Assembly: GCA_002633005.1 (NCBI GenBank)
Contig: NMRA01000005.1
Coordinates: 1,665,048 to 1,729,047, forward strand
DNA: 64,000 nt
Source: Phoronis australis
Taxonomy: Eukaryota > Animalia > Phoronida
Reading direction: 5' to 3'
This document shows positions 25,401-34,492 of the stretch, piece after piece (within the stretch, counting starts at the first letter, position 1; the number at the start of each line of letters is the position of its first letter). The translations under genes and the position numbers were made by a program. A model generated the notes under the pieces. That model made no database searches and had not been told where the DNA came from. It saw only the letters and a list, made by a program, of their open reading frames with translations.

Positions 25401-28400
25401 GCAAATACAACCTGCAAAAGAAGACCTGTCAGCAAGCAATATAAATACCTGGGACAAACTATACAAATGGGAAACCGTATGACCAATGAAATACAAATCC
25501 AAATAAGAGCTGGATGGAATTGCTTTGGAAAAAACAGAGAAATATTCCAAGATAAGAACATACCCATATCCTTGAAAAGAAAAGTATTTGACCAGTGCAT
25601 CATCCCCACAATCACCTATGGATGCCAAACATGGACCTTAACAAAACAGACAATTGCCAAGCTAAGAACAACACAGAGAGCAATGGAGAGAAAAGTGCTT
25701 GGAGTAAAGTTACTAGACATCGACAGGATTCCACACACAGAGATAAGAGAGCAGACAGGAGTCATGAACTTAATCAAGACAATTCTGAAATTGAAATGGA
25801 GGTGGGGCGGACATGTCGCCAGAGCACAGGACAACAGATGGACAAAAAGATGCAGAGAGTGGCAACCCAGATATGGAAAGAGATCAAGAGGACGGCCCCA
25901 AGCCAGATGGAGAGATGACATCGTGAAGACGAGAGGCACAACGTGGATGAGAGCGGCAAGAGACAGGACAAATTGGAAGGCATTGTCGGAGGGCTACATC
26001 CTGCAGTGGATGGACAATGCCTAGAGTCAGTCAGAGTCAGAGTCAGCAAGCAACTGCAGCTGATTATTTTTCACCTTGCACCAGCTTTGCAGCCACACAG
26101 CGATTAGAAGAGACACAAATTACCATAGAACAAGTTACCCTACCTCGATCGAATAAGTTGTCTTAAGTGGGAAAACTTGCACCAGTTTCAATAGAGTCAA
26201 GATAGCAGTCAAAAATAGCAACAACTCATTCCAGGAGTAACTTATTCTAGGGTATCTGTATATTGACGGCATTAAACACATTCCCTAAACAAAAGAAAGA
26301 CTGTCATAAAACTTGTTTGTAACTAGTAATATTCAAACTCCAACTGACAAGCATTGGATGGTAGCACACAAAGTCCATAGTTATTCACTCCATTGCCACT
26401 GCAAAATTTGTACCACTTGATAGAAGTCAAGACATCTGTCAACCTCCACCCAACAATATGTATAGAGAGTGTCATACAGCCAGGCCTTCATCCAGCATAC
26501 ATCCTGGGCATCCAAATGGACGCAAGGACGCCCAATGTATCATTTGGATGCCCAGCATCAATCAGAATTTCTCCACCATTGTAAGACTCAAAGTTAATGA
26601 CAGTTTAAGAAAGAAATATTGACCCTTTCAAGTCAAAAAGAATCATACAATGAATTGAAGATGATGCAATGTTCAAGCTACTGAGAAGACATGTCAATCA
26701 TTAGCACATGTTTTGTGTCTACCAATGTAGTCTACCATACTTTCAGTGTCTTTTCACATCTCTTTATATACAGCAGCACAACATTGGTTGACTGCAAACT
26801 GGTGTTTCAGAGCTGTAGTTTCATGTTTTTCATCTTTTTTAAGACACCAAAAGCAAAATAAATGTCATTAGTGTAAATACTACATTGTGCAACAAGAATA
26901 TGCATATTTAAAATTTTTTGAGTTTGCACCCGTTTCACGCTTTTCAACGCGCATTTTAATGTTTTAATATGAAGCAGCAGTGACACACATCATCTGTGCA
27001 TTTTTGTCGAGTTGGTCACTGCAGCTCTGATGACTCATTGTATACAGTATAAAAGCTTGTCAAGATGATATGATAAACTTTATAACAATAATTTGACTTG
27101 AGATCACCAAAAACATAGTGTACTCATTGTTTGACCAATATCTGTAATATTCTGTATATATACTTGGCTGTTTTTATGTATTTAGACATAAAAGTTTTGG
27201 TCCACGCACTGTTTTAAGTAAAAAGAGCGCACAACAGGGGAGCTGTTTTTGTAAACTTAGATGTAAAAGCCTTGGTCTACGTATTTTTTGTAAAAACCGC
27301 ACTGTAGCCGTGGGGGGATTTCTGGTGAAATGTGGTGTGGGGTGAGGGTAACGCATCACTGGAATCATGGACGCCCTGGAATATTGGGAACCCCATTTTG
27401 GACACCATATTTTCGAAATCCTGGATGGAGCCCTGCACACAGCTGAGAGATTAAAAATATTGCAGGGTTAAGTTTAAAACACCATTCAGGGTTCAATGCT
27501 TAGCATAACATCAACTCGCAAATTACGATGTAGCAAAATTCCATAGTCACCAAATGGGAACTGAGATCATCAAACCCTGTAGGCAATGACCATCGCCTCT
27601 GTTGGCCCGAACCAGAGGCGATGCAGCTCCTATAGGCGCTCCATACGCTGGAAGCTTTTCGGCAAATTATGCCTCGCACCGACTAAACCATCAAACTCAA
27701 GTTGTTATAAATACCTTTTGCGCATAGAGGAACACCTTAGGAGGTTGTAGATGTGTTTAATTCCTTCCAACTAGAACTAATACTCCCGTTATCAAACTTT
27801 TTCTTCGAGCAGTCCCTATTTCAGTTCCCAAAATCGTGAACTCAACATTTTCACTCGGCACACGCCAAGAGATTCTTTTAACCAGTCCGAAGGTCAGAAG
27901 TTGCGGTCCTACCGGCGAACTTTGAAAGCTGAAGTTCCCGCCCCTTGCGTACGTGCTGCCGGGAACCAGCCGTGCATTTGCCGTGTTGTTAAACATTACA
28001 AGAGCAACGCAGAGCGTTGAAATGCGCCCACAACTGCACCGTATACGGTATCCTTCTAGGGTTGTTTATTGGTACCAAAAAGTGGCCAGTAGAGGGCATA
28101 TATGTAGTAATGTTGTACTTTGCAAAATGNAATTTCATGAAAATCCGTTAAGGACTTGTGAAGATACAGAGGTAAACGTAAAAAAATAAAATTGCCACTA
28201 GGGGGCACACTGGTACGCGGATCCGTCCAAAAGTCATCTTCGTCTGTTGTTAACATCATATAAATACACTTATTAAATTTCGTAAAAATCCTGCGAACGG
28301 TTTAGGAGATACAGCCATAGGCGCAAAAAAAAACAAAATTGCCACTAGGAGGCGCCACAGTAGTCGAAATGGTCGGAAAATCATCGTCAACCGTCCTCTA

Positions 28401-29817
28401 CATAGTAAGCATATACATGCCAATTTTCAAAATCATCCTTTGAGCGGTTTGGTTGATAGAGAGGTGAACGCACAAAAAACTCGAAAACACTAAAAATGGC
28501 CACTAGGTGGCGCAAACTATGTCGAATCCATCTGAAAACGAGAGGATAGCGTCATCTCACTAATAGGTGCCTACATACCAAATTTCATGAACATTCGTTT
28601 AGGACTTTTGAAGATACAAAGCTAAGCGTAAAAAAATAAAATTGCCACTAGGGGGCACACCGGTAGTCGGATCCGTCCGAAAGTTCGCACATGCAGTCCC
28701 ATTCATGAATGGAACATATGTGCCAAATTTCATGAACGTATGTCAAAGGGTTTTGGAGATAGAGCAGCGGACGCCGGACGCCGCCCGGACGGACGGAGAT
28801 GACGGCATAATGCGTCCACATATAAATATGTGGGTGCATAAAAATTTAAAATATGTGCACAAAGACTATTAAATGTCATATCAACAGCATTTAGTTTTAT
28901 CAAATACAAACAATAATTCATTGAAATACAATCAGTTTCAAGTAACGCCAATTAAAGACAAGTATAAGTGGTGGCATTTTGGAAATGAACATTTGACTGA
29001 CAAGACCACAATGGCTCACCTTTGGCCTATTTAAAGATTAAGGTCATAAAGTCACATCACCAGCGAGCGCGGTAAAAATTGGAGCATGCACAGCATAAAT
29101 ATGTTGAGTTCACGATTTTGGGAACTGAACGAATGACTGCTCGAACAAAAAGATTGATAACGGAAGTATTTGTTCGAGTTGGAAGGTATTAAACACACCG
29201 CCAACCTCCTAAGGTGTCCCTCTATACGCAAAAGGTATTTATAACAACGTGCCTTTCATGCTTAAGCCAGTGCGAGGCATAATTCGCCGAAAAGCTTCCG
29301 GCATATGGAGCGCCTATAGGAGCTGCATCGCCTCTGGTTCGGGCCAACAGAGGTGATGGTCATTGCCTACAAACCCTGTTGCCTAGAACCGAAATTGAAA
29401 TAAGCAAGATACTACCTTAGTACGTGGAGTGAAAATCCAGCCAACTTTTACCAAACAATTCTAATTTCCGTCTGTTTACACGTGCTCATTTCAACCAGGG
29501 ATTTTTACCAGGACACCAAACAAAAATTGAGGTCATACTGATAACCTCCATGTCGCCAATAAAGCCCTACCACTTTTCAAGGCTTTTCCTTCATTTTCCA
29601 GTCAAAGAACACCTGAAATTCAAATTTAATATTTCTAGAGAAACCAGATATTTAGTAAGCACAGCTCCAGTACCTTAAACAGCGGTAGGACAGTGAATAT
29701 CAATTAACGTCAACGTTAGTTACCGTCAATTTCTTCGGTTCCTTCTGTCAAAACTTCCTTCGTAAAGTTCGATATTTGACCGGTGATGTTTGAAAAGCTA
29801 TCTCCAAACCATGCCAT
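1419..29817 (-). CDS. TRIP11: Thyroid receptor-interacting protein 11 / golgin GMAP-210, 5' part. Spliced CDS: 29817-29724, 24167-24091, 21605-21495, 20436-20289, 15868-15741, 15170-15108, 9141-8982, 5581-5412, 2396-2198, 1462-1419; continues beyond the left edge
   Basis: The hand-spliced GT-AG exons join in frame (1194 nt, 398 codons). The N-terminus MAWFGDSFSNITGQISNFTKEVLTEGTEE matches the GMAP-210 TGQISNFTK..L.EGTEE signature. DVIASQHEINRLNQEVQRL..E..HWR and QEVDDSQKELAALQDVHAQKI also recall vertebrate TRIP11. The rest is coiled-coil. No stop codon is reached in the window. Confidence 0.93.
2198..2396 (-). CDS. TRIP11: TRIP11 exon 9 (LSDEVERYSTAETGFRAQVESLQASVSSVTTARDEALETVKQQSAEIESLRQSQGSEDGQLHRQLS)
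   Basis: Acceptor ttgttgcag, donor CTG|gtaata. 199 nt, coiled-coil. Confidence 0.85.
5412..5581 (-). CDS. TRIP11: TRIP11 exon 8 (VSAQTSDGEGHGSVRLAGPHDNGKDEIEKLQQELREKSKELTILGRQLEALQAAKLK)
   Basis: Acceptor ccttttcag, phase 1 in and phase 0 out, donor AAG|gtatca (weak). Coiled-coil ORF. Confidence 0.8.
7475..7587. repeat. 56-bp perfect tandem duplication
   Basis: aagcatggacacctatagaacccatgtaaatggaatgggcaactagaatacaatat occurs twice. Confidence 0.95.
8982..9141 (-). CDS. TRIP11: TRIP11 exon 7 (DLKLRLNQEVDDSQKELAALQDVHAQKISALKRAHKQQIGEVNERITELEQQL)
   Basis: Acceptor ttttag, donor TAG|gtaaga. Resembles vertebrate [21 protein letters not shown]...ERIEELE. Confidence 0.92.
10526..10780. mobile_element. 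MITE with TIR TAGTCACTTACAGGGGTCC; longest copy of a family also at ~2495-2590, ~3905-3980 and ~41134-41230
   Basis: Terminal inverted repeats, plus the shared core gatgcccgttattcagtggagaaaactgg in four places. Confidence 0.65.
15108..15170 (-). CDS. TRIP11: TRIP11 exon 6 (TNLASSVTGETDVTVLKTEIK)
   Basis: Acceptor tgtttttcag, donor AAA|gtgagt. 63 nt, phase 0-0. Confidence 0.8.
15741..15868 (-). CDS. TRIP11: TRIP11 exon 5 (GFHSDEADLSDVIASQHEINRLNQEVQRLHAETQHWRQLVSSQ)
   Basis: Acceptor atttag, donor CAG|gtgaga. Strongly conserved TRIP11 block. Confidence 0.93.
20289..20436 (-). CDS. TRIP11: TRIP11 exon 4 (AELKDLKHSHHELEQRLLSSVIRPGVPSSPTLSHSTSTSQLTSPVVNRS)
   Basis: Acceptor atttcag, donor CAG|gtaaac. 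148 nt, open, ends in phase 1 matching exon 5. Confidence 0.85.
21341..21502. repeat. 43-bp tandem repeat, ~3.8 copies, overlapping the TRIP11 exon 3 donor
   Basis: acacaagaatgctggttctacatacctccttgc starts at 21341, 21384, 21427 and 21470. Confidence 0.95.
21495..21605 (-). CDS. TRIP11: TRIP11 exon 3 (IDQLRHANRELQENVESAELQINAISSEYRELVARKE)
   Basis: Acceptor ttag, donor GAG|gtatgt, 111 nt. Resembles vertebrate [21 protein letters not shown]. Confidence 0.9.
24091..24167 (-). CDS. TRIP11: TRIP11 exon 2 (DHVTELRVARNKIKQLENQCSVQSTE)
   Basis: Acceptor tatgttgcag, donor GAG|gtaagc. 77 nt, which restores phase 0. Confidence 0.85.
25440..26041 (+). mobile_element. 5'-truncated RTE-clade LINE (C-terminal RT region) in TRIP11 intron 1
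   Basis: ORF KYLG...RAGWNCF...LKRKVFDQCIIPTITYGCQTW...KWRWGGHVAR..DNRWTK...RGRP..RWRDDI is typical of RTE ORF2. Ends in a (GAGTCA)n tail. 12-bp TSD GTCAGCAAGCAA at 25428-25439 and 26042-26053. Confidence 0.92.
27580..29369. mobile_element. Non-autonomous foldback DNA transposon with ~270-bp TIRs (MULE- or Galileo-like)
   Basis: 27580-~27850 is the reverse complement of ~29100-29369 (TAGGCAATGACCATC...GATGGTCATTGCCTA). It is flanked by the direct repeat CAAACCCTG (27571-27579 and 29370-29378). No transposase ORF. Confidence 0.9.
27998..28844 (-). mobile_element. Helentron-associated non-autonomous element (HINE/DINE-1-like), nested in the foldback element
   Basis: Read on the minus strand: TTTTTATGCACCCACATAT...GTGGACGCAT (subTIR plus inverted copy), a (CCGT)n microsatellite, ~150-bp internal tandem repeats, a 3' subTIR GTGGGCGCAT, the hairpin CAACGC-TCT-GCGTTG and the terminus CTCTTGT. 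This is the DINE-1/HINE layout. Confidence 0.8.
29724..29817 (-). CDS. TRIP11: TRIP11 coding exon 1 (MAWFGDSFSNITGQISNFTKEVLTEGTEEID, phase 1)
   Basis: ATG at 29817, donor G|GTAACT. Contains the conserved N-terminal golgin motif. Confidence 0.93.
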
Positions 29818-32457
29818 GTCTTGCAACGATGATTTGCTAGCCACCAAATACAAAAATCACCCTACCATGGAACAAGGCACTAAGGCAAATTTTATTTGGA
29901 GCCTTTTCATGCAAACTGCAGAGAATCTCTAAGCGATTGTTGCCAACTCGACATCGTCGACTTCCATATTGAATAGCTATGAAGCCTGAAATCAAAAAGT
30001 AACATAAAAAATAATTTTAATTATATAATATAAAATCATTTGATATCAAAACAATTTTTGTTTCATTAAGTTTGATTAAAAGTTTTCAAAATGACAAAAA
30101 TATTATCTAAAACTAAAGAGATAATTCTAGTTGAGAGTAAACATTGCGTTGGCCGACAGAGAGCGCTAAAACCGTGTGCAAGCCACAGGCAGACGAATTT
30201 CCTGACTCGTAACAATATAGGTCAAAGAATCATATATTACAGTGAGTGATGTCAGTGGTGAAAACGAGGAACAGATATAAACTCGAGTTCAATGGCTTGT
30301 GGTGCAAGCCAATCCGTTGTCGTCTGTCAACACAACCGTGATGCCAAGCCGGGCAAACAATCACGGCACCTGCGACCTTGCCCGCGGGTGGACGGACACA
30401 TCTCGTCATCAAAACACACTCAAACCACTGGCAGCAGTGCTGTAAAAAACTGTTGACATTCATGTATTATGATTAGCCGCGAAATAAAGGCAAACATTAC
30501 TTAGTTTCCGCTCCCCACGGCCACTGTCGGTGACACGCAACAGGGCTGCACATGGTCATAAGTTTCAACCTAAGGCAGATAGCCTACGACCCTCGCTAGG
30601 CACTGGCATGCCAAAAATTGTGCGATGACGGCTTGGTTTACCTCAAAATCCAACTCCTACCCGGTGGTTTGGTAATTTGCCCAGTTATGTTGCACACCCA
30701 GTAGAATTAATGAGTAACATATCATTGTAACATTAAACAAATTTTTAAGTTGTAAAACTCATATTTCTTGTCCAGTTTGCAAAATTCAAAAACCAAATCA
30801 CGTATGCTTTTCACGAACTATTCAAACATGCTATTTACAAATTTTTAAAACGAAAATTTAAAAATACTATTATCGCCCCCAATGTGTCTTGGATGTACGC
30901 ACTCCGGTCTAGTTGCCAGTCTCGACCCGGGTTTGGGTGTCAACGTAGGATTCCCAAGAATGAATACATGGTTGCTGACATTCGAGGATAATTATAACGG
31001 GACACGTGGATTGAAAAACCGGGTCATCCGGATATAAAGTGGGTCATCTGGATCTATGCCAAAACGTAACGGTGATCTGCCAGACGTAACTCCGCCGAGC
31101 GTTTTTTCAGCACTCTGTAGCTGACATGTTGAGCAACCAGACGTTGAGGACAAGGCGGCTTCAAAAGTCAGATTTTTTAAATTCTGCTGCGGTTGTTTCT
31201 GAAACTATTGTGACGATGTAGCTTTTGGAAATGATTTTCGAATGCCTAACCCTCTAGTTCTGAACTTTTGAACGTACACGTACATGAATTATTACTTTTA
31301 CCATTAACATCTCGCTTAACATGTAATTATAGGTTAATCTCTCAGTGGTGAATTGATCAAAATTCTGGTAAAAAAATGTCATAGCTTTCCAGCTGACAGT
31401 ACTCTCGATACTTCAATCCTGTGTATTTTTAATTTAAAAGGTCAATCAGTCTTAGTGAATCCCATAAACATTATCGTAAAATATAAAACGGAAACGAGAA
31501 TGTACTTGCACATTGATCCAACTGAGACATTGAATTACGTACCCAACTTTCATATTGGTTACTTTCATTTCAGGTTAGCCGAGTTATTGTTGACGTGGAA
31601 GAAGGGGGTTGTGAAAAGATGTCTTGAATACTTTGAGAATTTCAAAAACCATAACTGAGGCCGAAAACTTTGAGCTTGAAAAGAACACGCGGGGTCAGAT
31701 TTGAAACAAAAAGGGCCAGGTTTGAAGCTCCAAAAAGTATTATTTCTTGTTATTAATGTAGGTGCAAATGTTCTAGAACCTCAATGACTGTTTTAAATTT
31801 TAAAACCCAGTGCTTTTACATTGCTCATGTTAACCCATAGTAGGCCTATGTGTGAAAAAATAGTCATAAAACGCGAAAAGTGCGTATTTCACGGTAGAGC
31901 CACGTTACTGGGGTTCACTGAACCTTAACGATTGTCCGATTGTCTCGGCGAACCAAAAATTATGTTCACATTTCCATCCGAGTGGGCAATCTTGACTTCT
32001 TATAGTATGTTTAATGCACGGCGCACTAATTACAGTTAGTAACCTATTTGCAATGACCGAGTGAATCATGATCAGTTGCAACCTTTCTCGGGGAATCCGA
32101 CTTCAATCGGCGGGGTAGATTATTTTAATTTAAGTTGACACAATCTCAGAGTCGTAATATCTCAGTCGCTTGCCGCTCTCATGAACACAGCTCCTGGTTA
32201 GTCAATACGTCTCACTGTTGTTAACAGACAATTTACAGACTCTCAACGTCGAGCCTGGGCTCATAGAACATACACAACCGCGGTCCTTGAACACAGAAAA
32301 CACCGTGGCATAGGGATTCGTGTTAAGAGTTACCGAGTCAGTGTAAAAGCAGCTTTTTGTCAGTTTGAACACAAGTTTGTGATTCGGCCGTGAGCTCGAG
32401 TTGTTAACCAGTTCCGAAGGACTGTGTACTAAATTTGGCACAATCACGTCGTACATT

Positions 32458-32703
32458 AAAAAAAAAATAATTGCAGGTGGTCTGATACAGGTTGTATCAG
32501 ACGTGCGCAGGCCTCGCATGTGGGCCCATTGCACTGATCACCTGGAAATATTTTTATGCTTTATTGATATATGGTTAAAACCGAGCTGAGGAGCTAGAAA
32601 CCTGGCTCAAGGGTTTAGCAGTGTGACCTGGTGGGACTTGAACCCACGACTTCGAGTAAAGAAAGCGGGCACAGTTATCAACCAGGCCACACTGCCTCCT
32701 CCC
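32458..32703 (-). mobile_element. tRNA-derived SINE, copy 1
   Basis: Pol III box A (TGGCCTGGTTG) and box B (GGTTCAAGTCC). The body is shared with the copies at 46195 and 56627. T-rich 3' end. Confidence 0.8.
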
Positions 32704-32789
32704 GTCGTACATTGCATGACGTACCTTTTTTTCATATCTCGTTAAAAGTGTCGGCTGTTGGCAGGAAACGAGACCACCGGACAACACCA

Positions 32790-33390
32790 CCGGATAAAGT
32801 ATGTTCTCACTGGTACAATCAGAGGCTACCACTGGGAGTGTAGCTTGCCGACATGGTGTTGATACGGACTGAAGAAACGGAGAGGCGACTTTATGACTTG
32901 TCTGTTTGACAACACTGTTGCGGTAGAAGGGCATGAACTTCTGAGTAGATAGGCATCGTCCAATGCTTGGTGTTGTGCACCATGCAGGTGAAGGTGGTGT
33001 TTTAGGCATTGAGTGTCCATATAAGCAGTGTGCCTCACATTACAGGAGTTGAGCAAGAACGGTAAGTGATTTTTACAAGTGGTCGTGGGCTACTCGGTGT
33101 TTATAACAAACAAAGGACACAAGTATTTTTTATTCGGAGCAACGCAGATGGCCGTTTTAATGAGAAGTGGTGTGACTTTGTCACGGATGTTTCAGTATGT
33201 TCCACGTGATTTTTCTGCATCGCATGCCGTATGCCCCGCAGGGTAAATTTTGATGAGAAGTTGTTTTGGAGTGTTTGTCCCGAAATGCGAGTCATTTTAT
33301 TTATTGAAAGGCGAGATACCTGAAGTGTTGTCGAAGCACGTTTTTACTGGAGATGGGTCATGTGTGAATTCTGAAGTGTACAGATACGGG
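32790..33390 (+). pseudogene. Decayed YqaJ (lambda-exonuclease-like) transposon ORF remnant
   Basis: Ordered degenerate motifs HWYNQR, YG, IGAS-like, LVLCT..GEG.VL.IECPYK and a CEF.VY-like segment. Several frameshifts are needed. Confidence 0.4.
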
Positions 33391-34238
33391 CAATGAGGAC
33401 TCATGGGCGGCGCACAATAGGGAGCTGGGCGGGGGCTATAGTTCTCCACTTATTTCAGTACTACTCTGCCCATAGTCACACGACAGTCAGTTTCTAGTAA
33501 GTAATTAAATCAGCTGCAAGTTGTCACCGACCTCTTGCCAAATCGAAGTACCCGACCTCTCATTCTTCGAGCGATTCTGGTCCGATCCCGTCCTTTCTGC
33601 AATGTCGGAATCCTCACCGGCTGTGTAAAAATTAACATAAACAGGATCCGGAGGACGTCTGAATTTTTAGCAGACTTCTTTATGGCATGCTTCAGTGTTT
33701 GATTAAGTGCACTGTTTATTTTAAAATTTAGCATGGCTTTTAAATAGGCGTAAGATTTTAATATTTTCCTCTTTCTGGCTGAGACTTAAGAGTTGGAATG
33801 AGATAGGTCTCTCAGCACAGAGACAAGAATGCACGCATTTTAACGATAAATCGCAAATCAAGTCATCTTGTCACCTCATCTTGAAAATTTCAGTCTAGAC
33901 ACCTTGGATTTCTCAGTAATCGGATACCATTGTGTTGATTTGTGATCCATAACTGATTTATTGAGAGCTATAAAATACACGTCTACAAACTACACACTAT
34001 GAAACGTGGAGGGAAGAGAAAAGACACTGCGCAGGCTCAGCAGTGATATATGAGTCTGTAATGATAAATAGTGTCTGGTCATGGGAGCGATTCTAATCAA
34101 CACATTGTGGATTTACTCGCAATGGGATATTAACCCCAGTATTGGCCTATTAACAGATATTAAAACGACTTTCCCACCCAATTCACTGAAACAAAATGGC
34201 GGAAAATGAATCCTAACCTCCCTTCCTGGACGGAATGA

Positions 34239-34492
34239 CATGCACGCACACGGGGGGCTCGGGAGGCTCGAACGAGCCCCCCTAAATGGTGAAGTGGGCA
34301 AAAAGGTCCGCCTCAGAGATACAAAAACTTCGAAAAAAAGTAGAAAACGCGACAACAGTCCATAAACAGGCAGAACCTAAATTCGGCGTACGCACAATTC
34401 ATAGCTGTGAACGTGTCCATTTTTTTTTTTAGTAAAAGGTAAACATCCTCAAAAATTCGAGTCCACCATTTTTTAGGCTGGGTGTGCGCATA
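34239..34492 (+). mobile_element. Uninterrupted copy of the same MITE family
   Basis: Imperfect TIRs catgcacgcacac...ctgggtgtgcgcata. GAATGA on both flanks. Confidence 0.65.

Noticed and set aside
25595-26049. Overlapping 91-107 aa ORFs in other frames and strands
   Set aside because: They are shadow frames of the RTE reverse transcriptase fragment.
26504-26555. 15-bp perfect hairpin CTGGGCATCCAAATG / CATTTGGATGCCCAG as a miRNA or terminator
   Set aside because: The stem is too short and the loop too long for a pre-miRNA. It is most simply a MITE remnant.
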